From assembly GCA_964549935.1 (NCBI GenBank), contig CAZJVT010000001.1, positions 283,922-347,921 on the forward strand: a stretch of 64,000 nt of DNA, in the 5' to 3' direction. The DNA is from an uncultured Candidatus Saccharibacteria bacterium (GTDB lineage: Bacteria; Patescibacteriota; Minisyncoccia; UBA6257; 1-14-0-10-44-23). The translations under genes were made by a program, and so were the position numbers. The notes under the pieces were generated by a model. The model saw only the letters and a list, made by a program, of their open reading frames with translations, was not told the origin of the DNA and did not search any database. Positions 26,701-35,347 of the stretch are shown one piece after another; within the stretch, counting starts at the first letter, position 1, and the number at the start of each line of letters is the position of its first letter.

Positions 26701-29700
26701 CGCTTGATGGCGGATCGCTCTCCTGGAGTCTGACTACGCAGGATTATCACTTCGACCGCTACAGCGATGCAAACTTTAGTTTCGGTCGCGGTTGGTACAC
26801 CTGTGAGAGTTGTAACTATGGCGATACTTACCTAAAGAGTGGTACCGCTGATCTTGATCAAAACGGTAAGGCGCAGGTAAAACAGGCGCTTGATTTTAGC
26901 GAGCTGTTTAAAAAGGCTACAGATGTACAGAGCAAGATTTTCGTCTTCCACGGAACGATTAAGGACAAGCAGGGGAAGTCCGTCAGTTTCCAGAAGTCGT
27001 TTATCGTGCATCGCGGCGAGTTTTATCTTGGCATTAAGGCTGATCCGTCGTTTGTCCCGAGCAAGACTCCATTCAATGTTTTGGCAAAGACGGTTGACGT
27101 AACCGGTAAGCCAACGGGTGAGCTGGGACTTTCGTACACTATCGGCAAGGTCAGCTGGCAGTCGTTTAAACGCCAAGAAGTAGACGGCGGATTCTACAAC
27201 CGCAGCGAGCGCGTCGTAACCCCGGTTATCACCAAGAGTTTTAGAACCGATGGCACCGGTGATTACTCCGACGAGGTTACACTTTCTGAGCCGGGTGAGT
27301 ACGAAATCTCCGCAACGGGCACTGATCGGTCCGGCAATGAGATTACCGCCAAGGGCTATGTGTACGCGTATGGTGACGGCCAGGTAGATGTCCGCCAGAC
27401 CAACAACGCGACGTTAGATTTGAAGGCCGATAAGACCGATGTCAAAGTCGGGGATACTGCGCGCCTGGTTATTCAGAACCCGTTCCCACGAGCCAAGGCA
27501 TTAGTTTCAGTTGAGCGCGGCCGTATCTTCTCGTACGAGGTCCTGGATATTACCGACAGCATCTTCCAGTACTCATTTAGAGTGACGGATGACCACGTAC
27601 CAAATGTCTACGCCGCTGTCGTGTTGCTCGCGCCGGGCGGGCAGATGAAGTTTGGTAATTTGCAGTTTAATGTAAACCGCGACCAGAAAAAGCTTTCGAT
27701 TGAGATTACTACCAACAAGACTTCGTATCTGCCGGGCGAGCAGGTAACGCTGACCGTTAAAACGACTGATGCGCTCGGGCGCGCGGTGCCGGCCAACGTC
27801 TCGGTCGCTGTTGCGGACCTAAGTGTCCTCGCGCTCTCCGGTAATCCGAAAAAGAATCCGCTCGTCTTCTTCTACGACGGCTTCCCGCTCACTGTTTCGA
27901 CTGAAGCCAACACTAAAAATCTTTTGACCGAGACGCCGATTCCATCCGGCACGAAGGGTGGTAGCGGTGGCGGTGGAGACGGTCTGGCCAACAAAGTTCG
28001 CGGCGAGTTTAAAGACACGGCCTTCTGGCGTTCGGACGCCGTGACTAATGCGGCGGGCGTGGCGACGATGACCTTTACGCTGCCGGATAACTTGACCAAG
28101 TGGCAGGTGGAGTCCGTTGGTATTACGAAAGACACGCTAGTCGGTGCTTCGTACAAAGAAGTCATCGCACAGAAGCAGTTGATGGCGGTGCCGATTATCC
28201 CGCGCTTTGTTGTCCCGGGTGATGAGTTTATGGTCGGGCTGAAGATTTTCAACCAGACCAACGAGAGCCAGCCGCTTAACGCTTCTATCAAGAGCGCGAC
28301 GCTGAAGCTCGTCGGTGCTTCGCAAAAGAGTCTGACGATTGCCGCCGGTAAAACCGAGACGGTTTACTTCCCGGTTGTGGCTTCGGCGACGATGGACCGC
28401 GGCGTCCACACGCTCACGCTCTCGGCGCAAAACGAGGACTTTAACGACACTGTGGAGCAGCGCATTCCAATAACCCGCAATATGACTTACGAGGCGACTG
28501 CCACGGCTAATGGTACGACTGATGCAACCAGCAAGGAGTACTTATTCCTGCCGGGTAATGTCATCCCTGATCAGGGCGGACTGACGATTAAAACGAGTGC
28601 GACCCTGGCTCTCTATCTGACTGATGCGCTCACGTATATGTTCCAGTATCCATACGGCTGCAGTGAACAGATTGCCAGTAAGCTGCGCGCCATTGCTATC
28701 GCCAAACGCGTCCTCACGCTCCCGAACGTCGGCAAGCAGTTCGTGTTGCCGAAAGTTCAGTTTGACGGCAAGGAGTACTCTATCGATGACGCGGTAGCAA
28801 TTGGTATGAAGCAGATGCTCGACAACCAAAACGGTGACGGCGGTTTCACGTACTACAAGTGGTCGGGAGCGAAGAGCGACCCGGCGCTGACGGCGACGGT
28901 GCTGCAGTCGCTGATGGACCTGCGCGCGGCCGGCTACTCGGTTTCGCAGAACGTCATCGACTTGGCGGTCAACTACTCGTATAACCAGATCGGGTCGCAT
29001 ACCGAGCAGTACTACCGCGACAACCAGTATCAGTTTAACGAAATGATTGCCGTGCTCTCTGTACTCCAGCGGATCCGTACCTCAAGCGTTGCTTACGGAA
29101 GCGCAGTTCGTACCATTAGCAACATCGCCACGCAGTCGTATATTTCGGACAAGATGGGGAGTATGACGCTTGGCACGCTCGCACTGCTCACCGCGGATCC
29201 AAACACCTCGTTCTCGGCGGTGATGAAAACGCGTGCCTTTGCCGCTCTGCAAAACCGAGTCGCGATTGACTCGCGCGGTGCCTACGTCGCTCCACGCGAA
29301 GGATCGGTTTTATGGACCTTCTATGAGACTCGCGAAAAGGACAGCGCCCTGTTACTCGAGGCTGTGACTATCGACAAACGTGAGTATACCGAGACCGATA
29401 ATCTCATCCGCTCACTGATGGCCAGTCGCACTAAAGACGGCTCCTGGGGCTCAACAAACACGACTGCGACCGTTTTAAACGCCCTGGCTAAGTACCTGGA
29501 GTGGAAGCGGGAGCTTAGCTCGCAGTTTACCCTCGACACGCTGTTAGATGGTAAGAGTCTGGTAAAGAGCAGCTTCGGTCCGGACAACATCTTAAAGCCG
29601 ATTGAGACCTTCCTGGCGACGGACAAGATTGCGCTCGACAAGCTGCATCTCATCAGCTTCGCTAAAGAAAATCAAAACAAGGAGCCAAACAAGTTCTACT

Positions 29701-30260
29701 ACGACCTAAGTCTCAAGTACTTCCTGCCGGCCAACTTGATCCCGCCGCGCGACGAGGGCTTTACGGTTACCCGCAACTTATATGCACTGACTGATACCAC
29801 CTACGCCAAGCCGCTTACAACCGCGAAGGTCGGCGACATAGTCCGCGGCGTAGTTACGATAGTGATGCCAAAGTACCGCCACTTCGTTGCACTCGAAGAT
29901 GCAATTCCGGCTGGGTTTGAGCTCGTCGACTTTAAGCTCAAGACCGAGGATCAGTCGGTCGTTGAGAGTCAGTCTGCGCCGACCCAAGAGCAGTCCGCGC
30001 TGTCCTCGACGCTGCCGGTCTCCTATGACGAGAGCGTTCCGCCTATTTTCGAGACCTTCTATCCGGACTTCGAGGAGCTGCGCGACGACCGCGTCTTCGC
30101 CTTCGAGCAGTCCGTAAAGCCGGGGACATATACCTATACCTACTACCTGCGCGCTACAGTCCCGGGCACCTTCCGCTACCTGCCGGCCGTGGTCAGCGAG
30201 ATGTACTATCCGGAAAACTTCGGGCGTAACGGCGGCAGTATGTTCACGGTGGAGCAGTAG
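23718..30260 (+). CDS. alpha-2-macroglobulin family protein (bacterial A2M, thioester-containing), N-terminally membrane anchored
   Basis: A 2.2-kaa multidomain beta-rich protein with the thioester motif PYGCSEQ (CxEQ), plus MG-like domains. The track ORF starts at 23652 inside the palindrome, so the in-frame ATG at 23718 (or 23739) before the TM helix IGSGVVGVVLIAFAVFFIL is preferred. Confidence 0.85.
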   Translation: MLIQNTYMNIVERLKTWFAGLTQQKKIGSGVVGVVLIAFAVFFILHKGITGNFPFFTPQAQYQVVYELVSDKISQHSGIVVNLPDGTKLATATTTDSVSFTPQLTGSWIETKIPKALVYKPAVELKIGSHYQVSLATTDGVIKKDFIVDEDPKISSVFPNQDAEAELHSAITISFNRPMVPLTTLSVLDGLKVPVTITPATKGKFKWISTRTLQFVPETALIGSTNYAVTVGSQLVSMDGLAVPPATYHFATKALRLNYASQGTLTYSAPMRFQFNQPVDLEKTKPGVRLLWASKENLVPLVRYGKRIVSDSNGKAVSVEDKTVLEVLPSGTLHGNNNVWDFESAYQASIDVAYPIGGEIVLRQPSISQIITTPAIESVKVDSPSTTLGAVDLFDPNGTTTVNFYEDIDIGKSDISVKGLADINYGEKCAGVEQVNKYGYYGSYGAPCEKVSDHSQLVFTFDSGAKFKRGEQVPITFSKIVNAQGFQINKEPITVLLTVYPELQILRTAPADKQVGGSLREFVICTTVPLKEKDAADFSRDVKSDRYLSFERFNPSYRVDINRGYNEKCNPGEYSTRIYYGLIPLKPYSITMQLEDVFGAATTLKTSFTAENASTFSLDIRSMQKVYNVTAPEHTKLTYAAENFPVVQMSICKLDPKTMVDELTSESVYSSSRAPYTAGCLVNVKDDIAVPQEQWVYHYFQIDLAKYFKDTRGQYRITLTHPQYTDYQGRQTYSNTYVSVTNLAVVEKRVQWYSDNYYSRDAAKLENKLAVPDDTRGVVYFATNSGTLAPIAGATVRVYTKNGTDAPLDFGRIGATDIRGLAEFSLTKNVAGAVITSPDGVDSAIVTSWGDTLDSGAWGWARDVQRTYLYTDRPIYRPGQEVFFKGIYRINYDGFYKKPSEDTMAVEISDSKGAKVLSQNLPVSDFGTFGSSLKLPADAALGAYYISAGGNSAVFTVSAYAAAAFDAQATADKDEYVSGDTATLDIAAKYYFGAPLDGGSLSWSLTTQDYHFDRYSDANFSFGRGWYTCESCNYGDTYLKSGTADLDQNGKAQVKQALDFSELFKKATDVQSKIFVFHGTIKDKQGKSVSFQKSFIVHRGEFYLGIKADPSFVPSKTPFNVLAKTVDVTGKPTGELGLSYTIGKVSWQSFKRQEVDGGFYNRSERVVTPVITKSFRTDGTGDYSDEVTLSEPGEYEISATGTDRSGNEITAKGYVYAYGDGQVDVRQTNNATLDLKADKTDVKVGDTARLVIQNPFPRAKALVSVERGRIFSYEVLDITDSIFQYSFRVTDDHVPNVYAAVVLLAPGGQMKFGNLQFNVNRDQKKLSIEITTNKTSYLPGEQVTLTVKTTDALGRAVPANVSVAVADLSVLALSGNPKKNPLVFFYDGFPLTVSTEANTKNLLTETPIPSGTKGGSGGGGDGLANKVRGEFKDTAFWRSDAVTNAAGVATMTFTLPDNLTKWQVESVGITKDTLVGASYKEVIAQKQLMAVPIIPRFVVPGDEFMVGLKIFNQTNESQPLNASIKSATLKLVGASQKSLTIAAGKTETVYFPVVASATMDRGVHTLTLSAQNEDFNDTVEQRIPITRNMTYEATATANGTTDATSKEYLFLPGNVIPDQGGLTIKTSATLALYLTDALTYMFQYPYGCSEQIASKLRAIAIAKRVLTLPNVGKQFVLPKVQFDGKEYSIDDAVAIGMKQMLDNQNGDGGFTYYKWSGAKSDPALTATVLQSLMDLRAAGYSVSQNVIDLAVNYSYNQIGSHTEQYYRDNQYQFNEMIAVLSVLQRIRTSSVAYGSAVRTISNIATQSYISDKMGSMTLGTLALLTADPNTSFSAVMKTRAFAALQNRVAIDSRGAYVAPREGSVLWTFYETREKDSALLLEAVTIDKREYTETDNLIRSLMASRTKDGSWGSTNTTATVLNALAKYLEWKRELSSQFTLDTLLDGKSLVKSSFGPDNILKPIETFLATDKIALDKLHLISFAKENQNKEPNKFYYDLSLKYFLPANLIPPRDEGFTVTRNLYALTDTTYAKPLTTAKVGDIVRGVVTIVMPKYRHFVALEDAIPAGFELVDFKLKTEDQSVVESQSAPTQEQSALSSTLPVSYDESVPPIFETFYPDFEELRDDRVFAFEQSVKPGTYTYTYYLRATVPGTFRYLPAVVSEMYYPENFGRNGGSMFTVEQ

Positions 30261-30269
30261 GCAAAATCT

Positions 30270-30914
30270 ATGAGAAGATTATTTCTTGCTTCAGCGATAT
30301 CTTCTAGCTTAGATAAGGTCACGGAGTTGTTGGATAAGAAACCGGCAGATTTAAAGCTTGCCTTCGTTACCACAGCAGCGCATCCTTACGGCAAAAATCC
30401 TCCTTGGCTTGCCGCTGATAGAGAAAAGCTTATCGGAAATGGTTTTATAGTTTTCGATGTCGATATTAAAGATAAATCAAAAAAAGAGCTTGAAATCTTC
30501 TTTAGTGACTTTGATATCATCTGCGTTGGCGGAGGGAACTCATTCTATCTGCTCGAAAAAGCATTAAAGAGTGGTTTTGCTGAGGTAGTAAAAGAATTTG
30601 TCGCGAAGGGCAAACTGTACATCGGTTCGAGTGCCGGCTCAATTCTTCTTGGCCCAACGCTCGATCCGATAAAGACGATTGATAATCCTGAAGAGGTTCC
30701 GGATCTTAAAAAGTATGACGCCCTTGGCATAGTTGACTTCATCATTTTGCCTCATTTCGAAGGAGAGCAACGGACTGGATCCTATAAAAGGATAATGGAA
30801 GCTCCGGAGAACAAAAAATACAAATTTATTACTCTTACAGACGATGAGGCCGTCGCGGTGCAAGGTGACACGTATCGAATTGTTTCTTCTGGTGGGAGCA
30901 CTTTGCTTAAGTAA
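30270..30914 (+). CDS. peptidase E-like (S51 family) dipeptidase
   Basis: CVGGGNSFYLL...YIGSSAGSIL...PHFE matches the S51 Ser/His/Glu pattern. Confidence 0.7.
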   Translation: MRRLFLASAISSSLDKVTELLDKKPADLKLAFVTTAAHPYGKNPPWLAADREKLIGNGFIVFDVDIKDKSKKELEIFFSDFDIICVGGGNSFYLLEKALKSGFAEVVKEFVAKGKLYIGSSAGSILLGPTLDPIKTIDNPEEVPDLKKYDALGIVDFIILPHFEGEQRTGSYKRIMEAPENKKYKFITLTDDEAVAVQGDTYRIVSSGGSTLLK

Positions 30915-30940
30915 AGTGCTATAGAAGGGAGTAAGGAAGG

Positions 30941-33220
30941 TTACCGTAAAGTAATCCGAATCTTTTCCCGTTTGCCGGAGCTGGTTACAGCTTCAATGGT
31001 GTAGGTTTTTGGTTCGGTCGGATGGAAGTTGAGCTCGCTGGTTTTGCTCGCATAAAGTTCGCCATCTACATACCAGGAGACGACCTGGCTGGCGATGAGC
31101 GGAATTACCGTGTCGGCTTCGAGTTCGAAAACATCGCCCTGGTGCGGGGAGGTGATGAGCGATTGATTCGCGAGCAGTAGGTTGCGGTGCGCGGCGACGT
31201 TTTCGCCGGGGAAGCCGAAATCAGTTGTATCGCCGACGCTGACCGGTGCGGTGAGGTTAAACGGCAGCGGGGTTTGTTTGTTGTATGGCGTGTTTAGTAA
31301 GAGTTCCATCGCGTCGTGCCAGATAGCGCCCGCGCCCTCGGCGCCAGAGACCTGTTTGAGCGGCTTGTTTTCGGCGTTACCTAGCCAGGCGACGACGAGG
31401 AAGTCGGGGGTATAACCCATGGTCCAGCTGTCGTGGAAGTCTCGAGAGGTTCCGGTTTTCACGGCGTAGTTATGCTGCGAGAGGTTTAAGCTGGAGGCCA
31501 AGCCAAATTGTTCGACGCCGGAGGTGCGGTCGTTTAATACCTGCGAGACGAGTTGGATATATTTCGGATCGGCGACGCGTCGCTCCGGCAGCGCTGCGGA
31601 CATCGGCGTGGCGATTGTTTTGTTTTGCGTGCCGGAAGTAAAAAGCGTCAGCGGTTTTAAAACGCCTTGTAGTGGGAAAATTGAAAACAGGTGGGCGAGG
31701 GTGAGTGTGTCCATTTCCAGTCCGCCGAGTGCGATGCCGTATTGATAGCTACCCAGGTCGTTAAGCGGCTGAAAGCCGAGGGATTGTTGTAAGAAGTTGT
31801 AAAACGGTAGGAGGCCGACGTATTCCAGCGTTTTTACGGAGGGGACGTTTAAGCTGTTGCTAAGCGCGTAGTGCAGGGTAACGATGCCGCGGTACTGGCC
31901 GTCATAATTTTTTGGATAGAGCGGGAAGCCGTCTGCGGTTGGGAACTTGTACTCGCGATCGTCTACGAGTGAGTAGGGGCGCAGTCCGGCCTCGTAGCCC
32001 TTGAGATAAATGAACGGCTTGATGGTTGAGCCGATGGGGCGGGGCTGGATCGCCATATTTATCTGTGAGCCGGAGCGATTGGTGCCGGGGTCCGGGGAGC
32101 CAATCATCGCGACGAGTTCGTTTTCCGGTAGCTTGATGACTACGAGTGCGCCGGTGTGTGCGCCGGCGTCCCAGCCACGTTCAACGTGCTTTTTAACGAT
32201 CTCGCGCAACTGCTCCGTGAGTTTTGCGTCTAAGGTGGTCGTGCAGGTATCAACACATTTAGGCTGGGATTCGGAGTCACGGGGTTGCAATCCCGTCGCT
32301 TTCCGGCAAGAACTGGCTAACCCCGAACTTTCAGTAAGTCCGCCAGACCCTACGGGTATGCCGGATTCCTGAAAGTCCGGCTCGCTACAGTCCTTGCTTA
32401 AAATCGCCTGGGAGCCAACCCCGTAACTCCGAATAAGTGTCGCGAGTTCGAAGTTAAAGGGCAGCTCGTAGTCGTCTCGAGAGATGATGTTAACCTCCTG
32501 ACTCCCAAGCTGCACGCCGAGCTTGCCGGCGAGCATCTCGCGTTCTTTGAGGTTGGCCTTGGTCCAGGGATTTTTAGCGCTCGGGCTGCCGAGCGTGGCT
32601 AGCAGCGAGAGGATTTCGGCGTCGTTTAAGTCTGGTAGTTCTTTTTTGAAGTATGCCTCGCTGCCGTAGGCGAGTCCCTGGATATTGTTACCCAAATAAA
32701 CGGTGTTGCTGTACATCGTTAGGATTGTTTTCTTGGAGGTAAAAAGCTCCAGGTCCAGCGCGAGGAAAAACTCCTGCAGTTTGTGCCAGAGCGAGCGGTT
32801 GCTTTCATTGCCCAACACGTTTTTGACGAGCTGCATCGTAATCGTGCTGGCGCCGCCACCTTTCTCGCCAGAGAGGCTGGCGAGCGTAGCGCGAGCGATG
32901 CTGACGGGGTTTACGCCCGGGTGGTAATAAAAGAAGCGGTCTTCTTTTTTAACCAGCAGCTTTGCTACTCGCGGTGGGAGTGCGGCGGCGTAGCGGCTGT
33001 ACTCACCCTTTTGATTTGGCGAGAGCGAGAGAGAGATGCCGTTACGGTCTAAAATCGCGACTGATTGTAACGCGTGGTAGCGGTTGATAATCGCGACTTT
33101 GCCGCTGTATAAAAGCAGAACGAGGACGAGCGCGATCCAAAAAACCTTCACAAAGCTTTTGTCCGGCTTTTCGGTAAATACGCCTTTGAGGTGTTTTTTA
33201 AGATTATGGAGTCTCTTCAT
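30941..33220 (-). CDS. pbpC: bifunctional penicillin-binding protein 1C-like (GT51 transglycosylase + transpeptidase + C-terminal domain)
   Basis: GT51 motifs EDRFFYYHPGVNP and GASTITMQLVKN; transpeptidase motifs STIKPF (SxxK), SNS (SxN) and KTGTS (KTG). It is convergent with the A2M gene. Confidence 0.9.
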   Translation of the reverse strand: MKRLHNLKKHLKGVFTEKPDKSFVKVFWIALVLVLLLYSGKVAIINRYHALQSVAILDRNGISLSLSPNQKGEYSRYAAALPPRVAKLLVKKEDRFFYYHPGVNPVSIARATLASLSGEKGGGASTITMQLVKNVLGNESNRSLWHKLQEFFLALDLELFTSKKTILTMYSNTVYLGNNIQGLAYGSEAYFKKELPDLNDAEILSLLATLGSPSAKNPWTKANLKEREMLAGKLGVQLGSQEVNIISRDDYELPFNFELATLIRSYGVGSQAILSKDCSEPDFQESGIPVGSGGLTESSGLASSCRKATGLQPRDSESQPKCVDTCTTTLDAKLTEQLREIVKKHVERGWDAGAHTGALVVIKLPENELVAMIGSPDPGTNRSGSQINMAIQPRPIGSTIKPFIYLKGYEAGLRPYSLVDDREYKFPTADGFPLYPKNYDGQYRGIVTLHYALSNSLNVPSVKTLEYVGLLPFYNFLQQSLGFQPLNDLGSYQYGIALGGLEMDTLTLAHLFSIFPLQGVLKPLTLFTSGTQNKTIATPMSAALPERRVADPKYIQLVSQVLNDRTSGVEQFGLASSLNLSQHNYAVKTGTSRDFHDSWTMGYTPDFLVVAWLGNAENKPLKQVSGAEGAGAIWHDAMELLLNTPYNKQTPLPFNLTAPVSVGDTTDFGFPGENVAAHRNLLLANQSLITSPHQGDVFELEADTVIPLIASQVVSWYVDGELYASKTSELNFHPTEPKTYTIEAVTSSGKREKIRITLR
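32316..32393. repeat. ~80-nt repeat element copy embedded in-frame in the PBP1C linker (a second copy is at 33850..33933)
   Basis: The 17-mer CCAGACCCTACGGGTAT is exact in both copies, and the flanks are about 70-75% identical. The in-gene copy encodes the low-complexity insert ...DCSEPDFQESGIPVGSGGLTESSGLASSCRK... between the TG and TP domains. Confidence 0.5.
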
Positions 33221-33351
33221 TACTCTTATCCTACCGCCGTCTACTAACTACTGTCTACTAACTACTATCCTAAATACGTGAAATAAAAAAGAATCACGAG
33301 TGTAGTATATGGGCAGCTGCAAAATATTATCCACAAACTATTAAATAAACC

Positions 33352-33810
33352 TTGAAAAATAAACAAAAATTTATTGGCTACGTTGTTGCACCCGCGGTTT
33401 TAGGTATGGCTATGCTTGGCACCGGAGTTGCTTCGGCGCACGGCTTAGGCTTTGGTCTTGGCGGTGGAGCGAGCAGTTTAACGCCGGACGAAATTGCGAC
33501 TCGCCAGCAGACGATGTTTGATAAGCAGGCGCAGATACTCGGTATCTCGGCCTCTGATGTCAAAGACGCCTGGGCGGCCGGCAAGACGTTTGACCAGATC
33601 ATTACCGAAAAAGGTCTAGATAAAGCAGCGGTTGAGCAGCGCATCAAGGATGCTGCGACGGTTCAAATGAAGGCCCAGCTTCAGGCTTTGGTGACCAAGG
33701 GGATTATCACACAGGCGCAGGCTGATAGCCGTCTTCAGTTTATGCAGACCCGTGCCGAAAACCGAAAAGGAAAGGGCATGATGAAGGGAATGCGCGGAAT
33801 CCAACTGTAA
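33352..33810 (+). CDS. hypothetical secreted protein (TTG start in track; possible ATG at 33406)
   Basis: Signal peptide ending ...GVASA-HG, followed by a helical Ala/Gln/Lys-rich domain. Confidence 0.5.
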   Translation: MKNKQKFIGYVVAPAVLGMAMLGTGVASAHGLGFGLGGGASSLTPDEIATRQQTMFDKQAQILGISASDVKDAWAAGKTFDQIITEKGLDKAAVEQRIKDAATVQMKAQLQALVTKGIITQAQADSRLQFMQTRAENRKGKGMMKGMRGIQL

Positions 33811-33849
33811 CTCTGCATTACGAACCTCCAATTTTTGGTTCGTCCGACT

Positions 33850-33933
33850 CTTTCTTGCGGGGCTTAACTAGCCCCACACCTTTATAAAATGACCAGACCC
33901 TACGGGTATTACTCATTTTCTAAAAGTGCGGTT
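33850..33933. repeat. intergenic copy of the repeat element also found inside pbpC
   Basis: See 32316..32393. The surrounding 33811..34043 spacer carries at least three further hairpins: CGAACC..GGTTCG, GGGGCT..AGCCCC and CTTCGCCGGA..TCCGGCGAAG. Confidence 0.5.
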
Positions 33934-34043
33934 CGTTCTAAGCCACGCAAAGAAATAGTCTGGACGGAGGTTCGAACGCAGAGCTCTTAGAAATTTTAGA
34001 GCTTCGCCGGAGTTTGAAATATTCCGGCGAAGAGCCAAGATTT

Positions 34044-34622
34044 TTAAAAATTCGCCTTCAGCCAGTCTTCTAGCGATTTTTGATCAGTGACATGGTATGC
34101 ACGCATGCCAACTTTTTTCGCGGCATCTACATTTGTCATCGCATCGTCAATAAAAAGACAGTTTTCGAGTGCGACTCCGAGTCTTTCAGCGCAATATTTG
34201 AATATTTCCGGCTCCGGCTTCATTAGCTTTATTTCGGAGGAAATAAAAACCGAATGAAAGTAGTCGTCGAGCTTAAATCCTTGCTTCTGAAAAAGTGGAC
34301 GTACGTAAGCAGCCGAAGAGTTTGAGCAGATTGCGGTTTTGTATCTATCTTTTAGTTTGGTAGCAATTTTAAATATATCTGAGTAGACAAGGAATCCTGA
34401 TTCCATTTCTCTTTGTATCGTGTCGGGCGTCTTGCCGACAGCCTTTGCGGCTGCATCGAAGAAATCGGATTGATTTTTCGTACCGATATCGAGGCCGAGC
34501 ATTATCGTGCGGAGCTCTTCGACAGCTTCAGGCTTGTCTTTGATATGCTCGCGTATCCATTTTTGATTGAATGTTTCGGAAAGCACCCCGAAGATATCAA
34601 AAATAATCGCCTGAATTGGCAT
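34044..34622 (-). CDS. HAD-superfamily hydrolase (subfamily IA-like)
   Basis: Motif I-like IIFDIFGVL, motif IV FIDDAMTNVDAAKKVG, and a cap domain between them. Confidence 0.7.
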   Translation of the reverse strand: MPIQAIIFDIFGVLSETFNQKWIREHIKDKPEAVEELRTIMLGLDIGTKNQSDFFDAAAKAVGKTPDTIQREMESGFLVYSDIFKIATKLKDRYKTAICSNSSAAYVRPLFQKQGFKLDDYFHSVFISSEIKLMKPEPEIFKYCAERLGVALENCLFIDDAMTNVDAAKKVGMRAYHVTDQKSLEDWLKANF

Positions 34623-34625
34623 ATG

Positions 34626-35216
34626 CTAACTAAAAAGTTCGGTTGCCAATTCATCCAGCCCCGTTTTCTTTGTCGAGGAGACGGGGAAGACCTCGTATGG
34701 TCCGGCCATGGCCAGCAGCTCCTTCATCTTGGCGTGGAATTCTTTTTGAGTCATTTTATCCACCTTGCTGGCGGCGATTAAAATATTTTTTGAGTGCTTT
34801 TTGAGCTCCTTAAACATATTTTCGTCTTGGGCGGTCATTCCGACGTTGGCGTCGATGATCAGTACGACGGCTTTTTGCTTGTGCTCGGAGTTAAATAAAT
34901 AGCCTTTGAGCAGGTTGATGATCGCATCGCGTTTGCCTTGCGAGCCACGGGCGTAGCCGTAACCGGGGAGGTCGACGAGGTGATACGCATTATTAATCAA
35001 AAACAGGTTTATCTGTTGCGTGCTGCCGGGGAGCGCACTGGTGCGGGCAACGCCACTGTGAGTTAGGGCGTTAATCAGGCTGGATTTGCCGACGTTAGAG
35101 CGGCCGATGAAGGCGATTTTTGGGAGCGCATCTTTGAGGATTCCAGTTTCGTCGCTAATCCCGCCCGAGGAGCTGGGAGTAAAGCCGGCTATGAACTTGG
35201 CGGAGCGGATGGTCAT
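34626..35216 (-). CDS. engB: ribosome biogenesis GTP-binding protein YsxC/EngB
   Basis: G1 GRSNVGKSSLINAL, G3 DLPGYGYA, and G4 in VLIIDANVG...ASKVDK (NKxD-like). Confidence 0.9.
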   Translation of the reverse strand: MTIRSAKFIAGFTPSSSGGISDETGILKDALPKIAFIGRSNVGKSSLINALTHSGVARTSALPGSTQQINLFLINNAYHLVDLPGYGYARGSQGKRDAIINLLKGYLFNSEHKQKAVVLIIDANVGMTAQDENMFKELKKHSKNILIAASKVDKMTQKEFHAKMKELLAMAGPYEVFPVSSTKKTGLDELATELFS

Positions 35217-35276
35217 AGACTTTATCGTAACAGATTGGAGATATTTATGCGATTTTTACAAGCCTTTAAGATTTCT

Positions 35277-35307
35277 TATGGGCATATTCGCACGAATAGG
35301 TAAATGG
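35277..35307. promoter_or_regulatory. palindromic site TATGGGCATATTCG-CA-CGAATAGGTAAATG (candidate operator)
   Basis: The left arm is identical (14 of 14) to the site at 23631; the right part is shared with 36284-36306. Confidence 0.45.
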
Positions 35308-35347
35308 ACATTTTGCGGAAAAAGTATGATTTTTTAGAGTTTATGTT

